Shown: piece by piece, positions 17,242 through 26,883 of the stretch
Layout of the letters: each line of letters starts with the position of its first letter
Position numbering within the stretch: the first letter of the stretch is position 1
NCBI GenBank assembly: GCA_046484255.1
Contig: JAWOBQ010000028.1
Coordinates: 1 to 27,066, forward strand
Length of the DNA stretch: 27,066 nucleotides
Reading direction: 5' to 3'
Origin: Bacteroidales bacterium
Lineage (GTDB): Bacteria > Bacteroidota > Bacteroidia > Bacteroidales > PWNQ01
Made by a program: the position numbers and the translations under genes
The notes under the pieces: model-generated
Database searches by the model: none
What the model saw: the letters and a program-made list of their open reading frames with translations, nothing else
What the model was told of the DNA's origin: nothing

Positions 17242-17538
17242 TCAGAGAAGCCCCGGGGGAAGCATATCTTTAGCCGAGTTGATCATCTCATCTTCGGCAA
17301 TAATTTCAGCCTTATTGAGTGCTTTGTTAGCAGCTTCCATAATCAGCGCCTCCATAGCGCCTGCTTTTTGCTCTTCATAAAGCGCAGGGTCTATATGTAC
17401 AGAAAGCAACTTGCGATTGCCATTGACCACGATTTTCACTTTTCCTTCAGCAGCTTCCCCTGTGCTTTTTTCTTTTTCAAGCCTGTTTTTTAATTCAAGC
17501 TGTGCTTCTTTTAGCTGATCTTTCAAATTTCCAAACAT
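17242..17538 (-). CDS. YbaB/EbfC family nucleoid-associated protein
   Basis: GEAAEGKVKIVVNGNRKLLSVHIDP, EALIMEAANKAL and C-terminal LPPGLL. Confidence 0.9.
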   Translation of the reverse strand: MFGNLKDQLKEAQLELKNRLEKEKSTGEAAEGKVKIVVNGNRKLLSVHIDPALYEEQKAGAMEALIMEAANKALNKAEIIAEDEMINSAKDMLPPGLL

Positions 17539-17686
17539 AACTTCATTTGTGTGTTCATCACTGTAATACTCAAAGGCCGGTATTTTGGTATCTACAAAGA
17601 TTAATAAATAATCTTATAGGTTAAGTCATCCGGTTATGCCATGCAAAAATACAATATTAATCAGAGCATTTATATATTCCGGCAAT

Positions 17687-20680
17687 TTATTGTTCTTCCC
17701 GGAAGAGGACGCCCTTATTTTTTCGACCGTCAATTTTGGCGATCAAAGGTTCTTGAAAGCGCACATGGCGAATATATTGATCTTCATACACAGCATCTTT
17801 TTGGTCCAGGTATTCCACATCGTAGTATCCGTCGTTTTCATGTGGGTTAACCGTAAAGTATCCTACCTGAAAGGCAGTAAGGTTTTGGAAAAAATGGGTT
17901 CCCTGCGAGGGGTCGATCCGGTAATCCGGCAGCCCTGCTTCCACAATAAGCCGTGCCTGGGATATTTGAGGCCATTTAACCGGGATTCCCAGCCAGGGGT
18001 CGGTAGACCCCCAGCGCCCGGGCCCTATCAGGATATAATTTTCGTTTTGCTCCCGGAATTTGGCATTTAGCTTCTCCAGCTCATTGGCAATATCGGGATT
18101 TTTCGAAGCCTCAAAAGATCCTGTTTTGATATAGATCACATCCTGTATTCCTTTTATTTCACCATTCCCTAAGGCTTTGTTAGAGAATATGATCGTATCC
18201 TCATATTTAATATCGTGGTCAAGGTCTACCTTAACCTGCTCATTTGATTCTACTATTGGCCTGATCTGAAGCATGCTAAAAACCATAGGGTGATTTTTCG
18301 GGGTATTCATATTTACGGCAAATTCGATCTCAATAGGGTTGTTCATTGCGCGTTGACCGGTACCCAGGACATCACAAAGGATGTCTGCCAGTGGGAAAAC
18401 ATTACTTTTCAAGATATTCGCAAAAGTTACGATTTTTTTTCCTTTATAATTCACCCCGTCACGGATCACATTGTTTTCCAGATCAAAGGTCGAGAACACA
18501 TGTTTAAAGTCGCGTGATTCTGCTACATCTTTAATACGTATTTTTTTCAGGTTAACGGCATCATCGACAGAAGGATGAAAGCTATCGATTTTCAAGTCCA
18601 GTGCATAAAAATATTTTTGTGTATCTCTTAGTGCCATATCGGGAGAAGAGAGCTGCAATATTTTTTTAGGATACCGGGGCGAAAACCTTAATGCCTGTGC
18701 ACCGTCGACTATGTATTTTCCCAGCCCTATGGCGACACTGACAATTCCATCTTCAGGTTTTTCCGGCCCCAGGGGATAAAAGTTAATGGAGCGAGCTACT
18801 CCGGAAATAGTAGGGGAAAACAGATCGCCCAGTTCTTTTCGTTCACTGCCGATCACCTCCTGTAGTACGATGGCCATTTTTTCTTCATCGATCACGTTGG
18901 AAGTAGCCTCCATATAGGCTTTGCTGCTTTTATAAAACACCGATGCATAGACGCTTTTGATCGCATTCCCGAGCAGTTCAAGCATCTGCCGTTCATCATT
19001 TTCAATACAAGGGATCATATAGGTTTTGTATATTCCGGCAAAAGGCTGGTAATGGGAGTCTTCCAGCAGGCTGGATGAGCGTATGGCGATAGGGTTTTTC
19101 ACTACCTGTATGAAAGCCAGCAAGTCTTTATGGATACGAAACGGCAGGCGGGCATTGACAAAATGCTGCAGGATCTCATCATCCGATTTTTCGGTGAGTG
19201 CAATTTCATACAGTTCATTTTCTTCCATATACTCATCAAATACATCGGTGCTAAGCACTACCGTCCGGGGGATAGTAATGATCACATTCTCGTATTTATC
19301 CATCAGCTTATGCTTTTTCAGCAGGGAGTCTATAAAAGCTAATCCACGTGCTTTCCCGCCAATGGAGCCTTCGCCGATGCGCGAAAAGATCAGGTACTCA
19401 TCAAAGCGGTCACGGTAAAATTTAGCAATCACCCCTCTCCCCTTTCCTCTTCTGTAGGAAGCAATCGTATCAAAGAGAAAGCGACGGATCTCTTCCAGGG
19501 AACTGAAATGCTCCGGCCGTAAATATTTCAACATTTCGGCTATAGGGAATAATGCCCGGGCATTCAACCATTTAGAAATATGATTGCGGTTAATATGATA
19601 ACTCAGCGTCTCCTCGGGAATGGCATAAAGTTTTTGCTGAAACGATTGCAGGTCTGTGGCCCTGTCAATCTCTTCGCCGGTAGAAGGATCCAGAAAAATA
19701 AAATCTCCAAAAGCAAAGTTCTGCACAATATAATCTCTGAGTTCTTTGAGCAGAGTTTTAGAATTCTTATTGATAAAGCCTACACGCTCCCGCCGGGCCA
19801 GTTTTTCATTCGCCTTTTCACTGGATTGCAGCAAAAACGGCAGGAACTTGTCTTCTTTACGCACTTTTTGGCATAAGCGTACACCGGCATATTTATCCAT
19901 CTTATTATTCCGGTAATAACTGATATCTGAAATGATCCCTAACAAGTTATTTTTATATTTCTCGTAATAGGCAACAGCCTCTTCATACGTTCTGGCCAGC
20001 AATATTTTAGGTCGCCCGCGCATGCGAAGCATTTTCTGGTGTTCATTAAGGCCTTCGGCCATAAACTGTTTAGACTGTTTAAAGATAATGCGGTAAATAT
20101 TAGGAAGATAACTGGAATAAAAACGGATATTATCTTCCACCAGTATAATAACTTGCACGCCCACCTGCTCTACATCATGCTGAACATTCATGCTGTCTTC
20201 GATCAGTTTGATAATGGCCAGGAGCAAATTGGCATTCCCCAACCAACAAAAAACGTAATCAATAGCGCTTTGCTCTTCATTGCTCAGTTTTTCCTTTATC
20301 TCCCGTGAAAAAGGAGTGAGCACTACAATGGGAATGTTTTCATACTTGTTTTTTACTGAGATCGATAACTGAAAGGGATCCATGTCGCCGATACTCAACA
20401 TGCAAATAACAAGGTCGATCTGCTCGTTTTCCAGGGTTTTGAATGCTTCTTCTGCAGAAGAGACGTGGAGAAAATGAGGAGGATAGCGAAGGTTTAGAGA
20501 AACATATTCATTAAAGATTTGTTCATCAATGCGCCCGTCCTCTTCCAGTAAAAAAGCGTCATAAGTAGAGCAGATCAATAATACTTTACTGATACGCTTA
20601 CGCATCAGGTTGTCGAAGGATGTTTCAGAAAAATAATATTGTTTTTCCGGTGAAAAGCTGGAATAATCTTGTGTATTCAT
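17687..20680 (-). CDS. PEP/pyruvate-binding (PPDK_N-like) protein with two N-terminal receiver-like domains
   Basis: GSIGGKARGLAF, AIRSSSLLEDSHYQPFAGIY, MAIVLQEV, EIEFAV, LQIRP and C-terminal GRWGS...PSQGTHFFQNL. No PEP-binding TIM barrel. Confidence 0.88.
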   Translation of the reverse strand: MNTQDYSSFSPEKQYYFSETSFDNLMRKRISKVLLICSTYDAFLLEEDGRIDEQIFNEYVSLNLRYPPHFLHVSSAEEAFKTLENEQIDLVICMLSIGDMDPFQLSISVKNKYENIPIVVLTPFSREIKEKLSNEEQSAIDYVFCWLGNANLLLAIIKLIEDSMNVQHDVEQVGVQVIILVEDNIRFYSSYLPNIYRIIFKQSKQFMAEGLNEHQKMLRMRGRPKILLARTYEEAVAYYEKYKNNLLGIISDISYYRNNKMDKYAGVRLCQKVRKEDKFLPFLLQSSEKANEKLARRERVGFINKNSKTLLKELRDYIVQNFAFGDFIFLDPSTGEEIDRATDLQSFQQKLYAIPEETLSYHINRNHISKWLNARALFPIAEMLKYLRPEHFSSLEEIRRFLFDTIASYRRGKGRGVIAKFYRDRFDEYLIFSRIGEGSIGGKARGLAFIDSLLKKHKLMDKYENVIITIPRTVVLSTDVFDEYMEENELYEIALTEKSDDEILQHFVNARLPFRIHKDLLAFIQVVKNPIAIRSSSLLEDSHYQPFAGIYKTYMIPCIENDERQMLELLGNAIKSVYASVFYKSSKAYMEATSNVIDEEKMAIVLQEVIGSERKELGDLFSPTISGVARSINFYPLGPEKPEDGIVSVAIGLGKYIVDGAQALRFSPRYPKKILQLSSPDMALRDTQKYFYALDLKIDSFHPSVDDAVNLKKIRIKDVAESRDFKHVFSTFDLENNVIRDGVNYKGKKIVTFANILKSNVFPLADILCDVLGTGQRAMNNPIEIEFAVNMNTPKNHPMVFSMLQIRPIVESNEQVKVDLDHDIKYEDTIIFSNKALGNGEIKGIQDVIYIKTGSFEASKNPDIANELEKLNAKFREQNENYILIGPGRWGSTDPWLGIPVKWPQISQARLIVEAGLPDYRIDPSQGTHFFQNLTAFQVGYFTVNPHENDGYYDVEYLDQKDAVYEDQYIRHVRFQEPLIAKIDGRKNKGVLFREEQ

Positions 20681-20704
20681 GAACTGGAGGCTCGTTTTTA
20701 TATA

Positions 20705-21895
20705 TTAATCTTTATTTTCCCTGTAGGTATCAATGGATTGTATCATGCCTGTAGAGGGGTAATACCGTATTTTCGTGTAATGCACGGGCAGGCAGTGAAC
20801 GACTCCAAACTGGCTGACAGGCAATTGCACTTCCGCCCGGGGTGTATCTCCCCGGCTAACCATAATCCCGGCATATTCAGGAACGCGGTAATAAAATCCA
20901 TTCACCTGCCTTGTGGAATCATAGTTCTCCTGGATGTGCTCCTGCATTTTGTCTGCATTTCGCTGCCGCTCGAGCTCCAGGAAAATTGGCTGTCCGTGGT
21001 TATTATCTGCCGCATCCAGTACGCCCTTTGACTCGGAAAAACGAAACAAAGGCTCCTTCACATGATATGTTTCAGCAGAAGGCAGGTAAGTGTAGCGGTA
21101 ATGATACTCCTGATTTGTTTCTAAACCGGAAAATAACTTCATATATTCCTCTTCCATTTTATCCAGTTCCTGCACCATAAATTCTATGGTCTCTTTACTG
21201 TAAGGCGTTTCCTGAAAGCCGGTTAAAAGGTTCATTTTTTGTTCGTTCAGCTTCAGAATAAAGTCGGAGGCGTCTTTTGCCCTTTGTTTCACGGGTTTTT
21301 CTACCATTTTCCGTTTTAAAACCTTTTTTTCAACCGTGATTGTGTCCTGATGGATCTTCTGGATCACCGTGTCCACTTTTTCATACATATTATAATCAGG
21401 GAAATGTTTAAATGTTTTGGAATGATCATTACTGTCTCCATCAATGATTAAGTGTTTTTCCCCTGCAGTATAAACACCGGAGGTGCTGTTTACATTCATG
21501 ATCAGCCCGTCTTCCGTTAGTTCTATTCCGATACGCTCGTCTGTTTCCATGCCTTCATTGTTCAGCGCCACAAAATAATACTGCTCCGGATCGGGCTCGT
21601 AAAAAGTAGATATTTCAATGTCTTTAATCTCATAGGAAGATTTTTTTTCTTTGATCACATTATTCAGCCCCAGGAATTTGGAAGCATAATCCGCAAAAGG
21701 GCCCGGAAAACTTTGCGTTTTTTCAACCGTTACATCAACTACGATATGGTTACGTGGCAATGCATAATAAAGCCCTTCTTTTTTCGCTTCTTCATTTTCA
21801 GGAAATTCACTGGCCGGCGTCACATGAAACGGAGGCTGTTGGCTGGCACAACCCCAGATTGAGAATGTAAATAACAATAAAAACAGGCGGTTCAT
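20705..21895 (-). CDS. DUF4831-like lipoprotein
   Basis: Lipobox SIWG-C; GLYYALPR, GPFADYASKFLG and YYRVPEYA...SQFG match my recollection of the DUF4831 family. Confidence 0.75.
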   Translation of the reverse strand: MNRLFLLLFTFSIWGCASQQPPFHVTPASEFPENEEAKKEGLYYALPRNHIVVDVTVEKTQSFPGPFADYASKFLGLNNVIKEKKSSYEIKDIEISTFYEPDPEQYYFVALNNEGMETDERIGIELTEDGLIMNVNSTSGVYTAGEKHLIIDGDSNDHSKTFKHFPDYNMYEKVDTVIQKIHQDTITVEKKVLKRKMVEKPVKQRAKDASDFILKLNEQKMNLLTGFQETPYSKETIEFMVQELDKMEEEYMKLFSGLETNQEYHYRYTYLPSAETYHVKEPLFRFSESKGVLDAADNNHGQPIFLELERQRNADKMQEHIQENYDSTRQVNGFYYRVPEYAGIMVSRGDTPRAEVQLPVSQFGVVHCLPVHYTKIRYYPSTGMIQSIDTYRENKD

Positions 21896-21987
21896 AGGAT
21901 TGGATTTTAAATGAGTTAGTATTTAAACGCCTTTAAATCAACTTTAATATTTGTATTGAAGCGTATCTTTAAATATTTGTAAATTAA

Positions 21988-22139
21988 GAGTCCGGTCGAA
22001 AAACACTAAATGTATCCCAGCCGCTAAAAATCAGCTTTACCCCATCCCTAAAGGGAAACTGATTTTCAGCGGCTTCACCCTTTAGGGTTCGGGGTAAAAA
22101 GCCGGTAAAAATCAAATGTGACCTTATTAGACCGGACTC
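21988..22139. mobile_element. MITE, long form (152 bp) with 6-bp target-site duplication
   Basis: TIR GAGTCCGGTC...GACCGGACTC, flanked by aattaa (21982-21987) and aattaa (22140-22145). Confidence 0.88.
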
Positions 22140-22422
22140 AATTAAGCTTTGTGCAAAAAAAATGAAGTATATCATATGCGTAGCAGCAAGGCGAAGCGGT
22201 ATAATAATCCTGCGCCTTAAAACCGGCAAAGCAGATGATGGGCTACAGCTCAATGAAATACTAAGCTGAATCCGTGCACAGCCATTTGCAAATTTCAGCC
22301 AATATCCCTGTACTTTACCACGAATCGTTTTATGCATCCTGCTCATTATACTATTATTTTGTGTTATTCAGCAAAGCTTTATTAGTTAACGAAAATACAA
22401 TATTCCTTGTTTATAAGGCCTT

Positions 22423-23868
22423 TTATTTTCGGGAGATTGCCCATAAACTTAAAAAAACCAGCATTCCGTTCAACAAAAGGAGCTCAAAGCCAAAGTTATA
22501 TCCACCAAACAATTTTTCCGAATTTAGGCTGAGCAAATAACACAGCAATGGCGATGCAATAGCAATAAGCGGCACAAATTTATCCAGAACCTTGCGTTTG
22601 GTAAATATGCCAAAGGTAAACATGCCTAATAAGGGGCCGTACGTATATCCTGCAATCGTAAACAATTTAGAGATCACCGACTCATCATTAAGTTCATTAA
22701 AGATAATAATAACAGTCATAACCGTTATGGCAACTCCGGCATGCACATATTGCCGGGTGTTGATCTTTTGTTTTTCCGAGAGTTTATCATTTTTGTCTAA
22801 TCTCAGAAAGTCTATACTGAAAGAAGTTGTCAGGGAGGTCAGCGCACTATCCGCACTGGAATAAGCTGCAGAGATCAAGCCAATAAGAAAGATAACGCCG
22901 GCAATACCGGGCAGATAGTTTAGTGCAATTAAGGGGAACAGATCATCTGTGGTCTTCATGATCTCAATATTATTAGCCTCGGCGTAGAGATACATCAGCA
23001 CCCCCAGTGACAGGATCAGGATATTAACGGGCACCAGCGCCCGGCTCATCCAATAGATATTTTTTTTCGCATCCTTAAGGTTACGGCAACTCAGGTTTTT
23101 TTGCATCATATCCTGGTCCAGACCAGTCATGACAATGGCGATAAAAACCCCACTGATAAACTGCTTCAGGAAAAAATAGCGGTGCTGCCAGTCCAGGATC
23201 AGCACTTTTGAATATTTACTTTCTGCTATGGCTTCCACCATTCCCGCAGCACTCAAATCCAATTCTTTTCCGATAAGAATGATGGAGATGATGATGGTCC
23301 CCAGCATAAAAGTTGTCTGCAGAGTGTCGGTCCATACAATGGTCTTGATCCCCCCCCTGTAGGTATAAAGTACCATTAAAAGGATAAATACAAACACTGT
23401 AGCCCAAAAAGGGATCCCCCAGGCATTAAAGACAAAAAGCTGCAATACATTTACCACCAGAAACATCCGGAAGGAAGCGCCGATCACCCGTGAAAGCAAA
23501 AAATAAAAGGCCCCGGTTTTATACGACCAAAAACCCAGGCGTTCTTCCAGAAAAGTGTATATCGAGGTGAGTTTCATGCGGTAATATATAGGCAAAAGAA
23601 CTTCTGCAATAACGGCATACCCCAGCAGATACCCAAAAACGATCATCATGTAAGTTCCCAGTGAAGAACCTACATCCCCCGGGATAGAGATAAAAGTAAC
23701 ACCGGAAAGCGAAGCGCCGATCATGCCATATGCTACTACAATCCATGGCGACTGCCGGTTCCCCACAAAAAAACTTTCATTATTGGCACCGCGGGAAGTC
23801 AGCCAGCTGATCAGCAATAACAGGACTGTATACAAAAGAAATGTAATTAATATCCCGAGGGGAGTCAT
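22423..23868 (-). CDS. Sodium:solute symporter (SSS family)
   Basis: [47 protein letters not shown] and AAYSSADS. Confidence 0.93.
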   Translation of the reverse strand: MTPLGILITFLLYTVLLLLISWLTSRGANNESFFVGNRQSPWIVVAYGMIGASLSGVTFISIPGDVGSSLGTYMMIVFGYLLGYAVIAEVLLPIYYRMKLTSIYTFLEERLGFWSYKTGAFYFLLSRVIGASFRMFLVVNVLQLFVFNAWGIPFWATVFVFILLMVLYTYRGGIKTIVWTDTLQTTFMLGTIIISIILIGKELDLSAAGMVEAIAESKYSKVLILDWQHRYFFLKQFISGVFIAIVMTGLDQDMMQKNLSCRNLKDAKKNIYWMSRALVPVNILILSLGVLMYLYAEANNIEIMKTTDDLFPLIALNYLPGIAGVIFLIGLISAAYSSADSALTSLTTSFSIDFLRLDKNDKLSEKQKINTRQYVHAGVAITVMTVIIIFNELNDESVISKLFTIAGYTYGPLLGMFTFGIFTKRKVLDKFVPLIAIASPLLCYLLSLNSEKLFGGYNFGFELLLLNGMLVFLSLWAISRK

Positions 23869-23931
23869 AAACGAAATTGTTTCTATAATTTTGCGGCTAA
23901 ATTAGTGCTTTTAATAAATTTGGAAACAAAA

Positions 23932-24558
23932 ATGGAACATAATATTCCTTCGCGTTTGGTTGAAAATACAGTGAATGAGCTGAGCCGTCTTCCGGGGATT
24001 GGCCGTAAAACAGCCTTGCGCCTGGCCCTGCACTTGCTGAATGAAGCGCCGGAAATATCCGGGGCATTGGGGAATGCAGTGCTGGAAATGCGTGAAAATA
24101 TACAGTATTGCCGCCAATGCCACAATATATCCGATACCGAATACTGCCGGATATGCTCTACGCCTTCCCGCGATAGCAAGGTGATTTGCGTTGTCCGAGA
24201 CGTGCGCGATGTAATGGCTATTGAAAACACAGCCCAGTTTAAAGGCCTGTACCACGTGCTGGGTGGAATTATCTCTCCCATGGAAGGCATCGGCCCTGAG
24301 GATATTACCGTCGAATCCCTGGTGAAACGCGCAAATAACAAAGACCTTAAAGAAATCGTCCTCGCATTGCCCTCTACGATCGAAGGCGATACAACAAGCT
24401 ATTATATTATTAAACAACTAAACAGGCTTGAACTGAAAATATCTGCCATCGCCAGAGGAATCGGGGTGGGCGATGAACTGGAATATGCCGATGAAGTTAC
24501 CCTCGGAAGATCAATTGCTAACCGCGTACCCTACGGAAAGGAAAATGAGGAACTATGA
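23932..24558 (+). CDS. recR: Recombination mediator RecR
   Basis: [16 protein letters not shown] (HhH), [16 protein letters not shown] (Zn finger), YHVLGG, TIEGDTT and [12 protein letters not shown]. Likely start ATG 23932; TAATTTTG box at 23886-23893. Confidence 0.97.
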   Translation: MEHNIPSRLVENTVNELSRLPGIGRKTALRLALHLLNEAPEISGALGNAVLEMRENIQYCRQCHNISDTEYCRICSTPSRDSKVICVVRDVRDVMAIENTAQFKGLYHVLGGIISPMEGIGPEDITVESLVKRANNKDLKEIVLALPSTIEGDTTSYYIIKQLNRLELKISAIARGIGVGDELEYADEVTLGRSIANRVPYGKENEEL

Positions 24559-24622
24559 CAGCCGGACAACTTTATGCATGCTTTTGGGTGTCTGTAAATA
24601 ATGTATGCCATAAATAATATGT

Positions 24623-24692
24623 GAGTCCAGCCTAAAAAGGTCTCATTTGATTTTTAGCGGGTGTAATCATTTTTGAGTTTTTAGAGCAGCTT
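24623..24692. mobile_element. MITE, short form (70 bp, degenerate)
   Basis: gagtccagcctaaaaaggtctcatttgatttttagcgg...gagtttttagagcagctt; flanks atatgt/atatgg. Confidence 0.75.
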
Positions 24693-24915
24693 ATATGGCA
24701 TGGATAACGAATATATATTTAATCACATTAGCCAATTGCAAAAAATATTTCGTATTTTCGCGAAATACTAAAGTATAAAAATTAAACGTTTTCGTGAAGG
24801 AATAAATTTAATATTTTTGCATGTTTTGGAATAGAGTTTGTTAATTGAGAGTAGAAAAATGATAAAGGGACAGATCAAACACATTTTTTTAATAACAAAA
24901 ATGGAGGACGTAATA

Positions 24916-25353
24916 ATGAAAAGATGTATGAGTTTATTTTTTGTTTTGATATTGGGACTATATAGTTATTCCCTGGAAGGCATGGAAGCAGTATCCTCAT
25001 TCCAGGGTGGCGGTCCGGAGTTTAAATATGATGTTGAGAACAACCGGCTTAATCTTGGCACGACCTATCTTGATGAGCTTGAGGAGTTCAATCTGGAGAT
25101 TAACTTTTTGAATACCGGCGATGAGCCTTTGGTTGTTACACGGGTTTGGGGTTGTTGTGGTACTAATATTAAAGGTTGGACCCGCGAGCCGGTCATGCCC
25201 GGGGATACAGGTGTAATAAAAGTAAAATTCCGGCTGGCTCCGCGTACGCAAAGCATTAGTCGTACGGTAAGTGCAAAATCCAACGATCCCGCAGGCACAA
25301 AAGTACTCCGGATCGTGGGAAAAGTAGCTGAACGGGCTGAGGATGAATTTTAA
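24916..25353 (+). CDS. DUF1573 domain-containing exported protein
   Basis: Signal peptide from MKRCMS (ATG 24916; the track ORF starts at 24838). NTGDEPLVV...GCCG...EPVMPGDTGVIKV and SNDP match the DUF1573 Ig-like pattern. Confidence 0.82.
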   Translation: MKRCMSLFFVLILGLYSYSLEGMEAVSSFQGGGPEFKYDVENNRLNLGTTYLDELEEFNLEINFLNTGDEPLVVTRVWGCCGTNIKGWTREPVMPGDTGVIKVKFRLAPRTQSISRTVSAKSNDPAGTKVLRIVGKVAERAEDEF

Positions 25354-25528
25354 AATGATAGTCCCTGATTGATATTCATAGATAATTGCAGTTATTATTT
25401 GTCATTGGTTTGATAACCAATCCAATGAGATGCAGGAATTAGTATGTAGTCAGGATATTCAATAATAAGTAAGACGCAGGATATAGAGCACAATTTTATG
25501 ATCAATGAATTACTAAATATTGAGGAAG

Positions 25529-26662
25529 ATGATATATAAGGTATTAACTTGGTTATCACGCATATTGTTTGGTGCAGTTTTTATTTTTGCCGGTTTCACC
25601 AAAGTGATAGACCCTTTGGGCAGCACATATAAATTTCAGGATTATTTTCTGGCCTTCAATGCCGAATGGATGTTTTCACTTGCTTTACCTCTGGCGATTT
25701 TAATGAGTTCCGTTGAGCTGATCCTTGGCATAACCGTATTGTTGGGACTGAAAATGCGGGTGAGCGCCTGGGGGGCTCTTTTGTTTATGGGATTTTTCAC
25801 GCCCCTGACATTATACATCGCGCTCTATAACCCGGTGCCGGATTGTGGATGTTTCGGCGATGCCGTGGTTATCAGCAACTGGGAGACATTCTATAAAAAC
25901 CTGCTCATCCTGGCCGCAGCTATCGTGATATTTATCCGGCGCAAAACATTTAAGCCTATGTGGTCGCCCAAAAAAGACTGGTTTATTATAGCCGGTATTG
26001 CCATAGCTGTGTTCTGGCTATCGATTTACTGCCTTCGGAATTTACCCATTATGGATTTCAGACCCTGGAAAGTAGGAAATAACGTAGCCGAATTGGTCAC
26101 CCCCACGGAAGAGGTCTCTGAAACGTTCCTGATCTATAGAAATAAAGAAACCGGAGAGGAAAAAGAATATCCTGCCGATGATTATCCCTGGGACGACCCG
26201 GAATGGGTTGAAAAATGGGAATATGTCGATACCCGTACTGAAGTTATTCAGCCTTTTGAAGAAGCTGAAATAAGTAATTTTGTTATTGTGGATGAACAGG
26301 GAAATGAATATACCGAAGCGTTTATTAATAATCCTGAACCTCAGTTCCTGCTTATTTCGCATGATCTGGGCTCCACCAAAACAGAGGCTTATACGGAAAA
26401 AATCAACGGGTTTGCTGAAAAAGCTGAAAAAGAAGGGATTTCGTTTATTATGCTTACCGGCTCCCTCTTTGAACAAGTGGAAAAACGCAGGGAAGAGTAT
26501 AATATACATTACCCTGTATACCAAAGCGATCCCATAGAGCTGAAAACCATTATCCGTTCTAATCCCGGACTGCTACTCCTAAAAGATGGGATTGTACTGG
26601 ACAAATGGCACTACCGGAATATTCCGCCTTTCGATGAAGTGAAACAAAAATTTGATCTTTAG
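25529..26662 (+). CDS. DoxX/MauE-like membrane protein (BT_3928 type) with C-terminal thioredoxin-like region
   Basis: GFTKVIDPLG, PVPDCGCFGDA, LPIMDFRPWKVG and IIRSNPGLLLLKDG. Likely ATG 25529 (the track uses TTG 25520). Confidence 0.85.
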   Translation: MIYKVLTWLSRILFGAVFIFAGFTKVIDPLGSTYKFQDYFLAFNAEWMFSLALPLAILMSSVELILGITVLLGLKMRVSAWGALLFMGFFTPLTLYIALYNPVPDCGCFGDAVVISNWETFYKNLLILAAAIVIFIRRKTFKPMWSPKKDWFIIAGIAIAVFWLSIYCLRNLPIMDFRPWKVGNNVAELVTPTEEVSETFLIYRNKETGEEKEYPADDYPWDDPEWVEKWEYVDTRTEVIQPFEEAEISNFVIVDEQGNEYTEAFINNPEPQFLLISHDLGSTKTEAYTEKINGFAEKAEKEGISFIMLTGSLFEQVEKRREEYNIHYPVYQSDPIELKTIIRSNPGLLLLKDGIVLDKWHYRNIPPFDEVKQKFDL

Positions 26663-26708
26663 CCCTTTTAAAGATCGATTTGTGTTCCTGAAGTCCGGTT
26701 TAATGGAT

Positions 26709-26779
26709 GCGCCCGGTCGAAAAAGCTCATCGTTGACCTTCAGCGGGTATAATAAATTTTGAGTTTTTGGACCAGACGC
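26709..26779. mobile_element. MITE, short form (71 bp) with perfect 6-bp target-site duplication
   Basis: TIR gcgcccggtcgaaaaagctca...tgagtttttggaccagacgc, flanked by atggat (26703-26708) and atggat (26780-26785). Confidence 0.85.
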
Positions 26780-26830
26780 ATGGATATTATTATTATCAGA
26801 GCGGGTATATTAAAAAAAAACAATAAACCA

Positions 26831-26861
26831 TTTGGCAGTTCAAAATCATTTCGTAATTTTG
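26831..26861 (+). promoter_or_regulatory. Bacteroidota sigma70-type promoter of arsR
   Basis: TTTG (26831-26834), 19 nt, TAATTTTG (26854-26861), 22 nt before the ATG. Confidence 0.7.
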
Positions 26862-26883
26862 CAAACAACTTAAATAAAAACTC

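Noticed and set aside
17687-20680. Calling this gene ppsA or ppdK
   Set aside because: It lacks the C-terminal PEP/pyruvate TIM barrel and has receiver domains, so no gene symbol was assigned.
21942-21981. Direct repeat ctttaa(a)tatttgta x2 upstream of the DUF4831 gene
   Set aside because: Very AT-rich, two copies only; chance or local duplication cannot be excluded.
21984-22346. 120-aa minus-strand ORF, and weak hairpins at about 22188-22218 and 22247-22268
   Set aside because: The ORF runs through the MITE and resembles nothing I recognise. The stems are only 5-6 bp and match no RNA family I know.
17242-24558. ebfC and recR as a broken dnaX-ybaB-recR operon
   Set aside because: They are 6.4 kb apart on opposite strands, and I have no evidence the linkage was ancestral in this lineage.
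3083-24558. TGA/TAG readthrough (selenocysteine, pyrrolysine) or programmed frameshifts
   Set aside because: All recognised proteins end at their expected C-termini; no split genes were seen.
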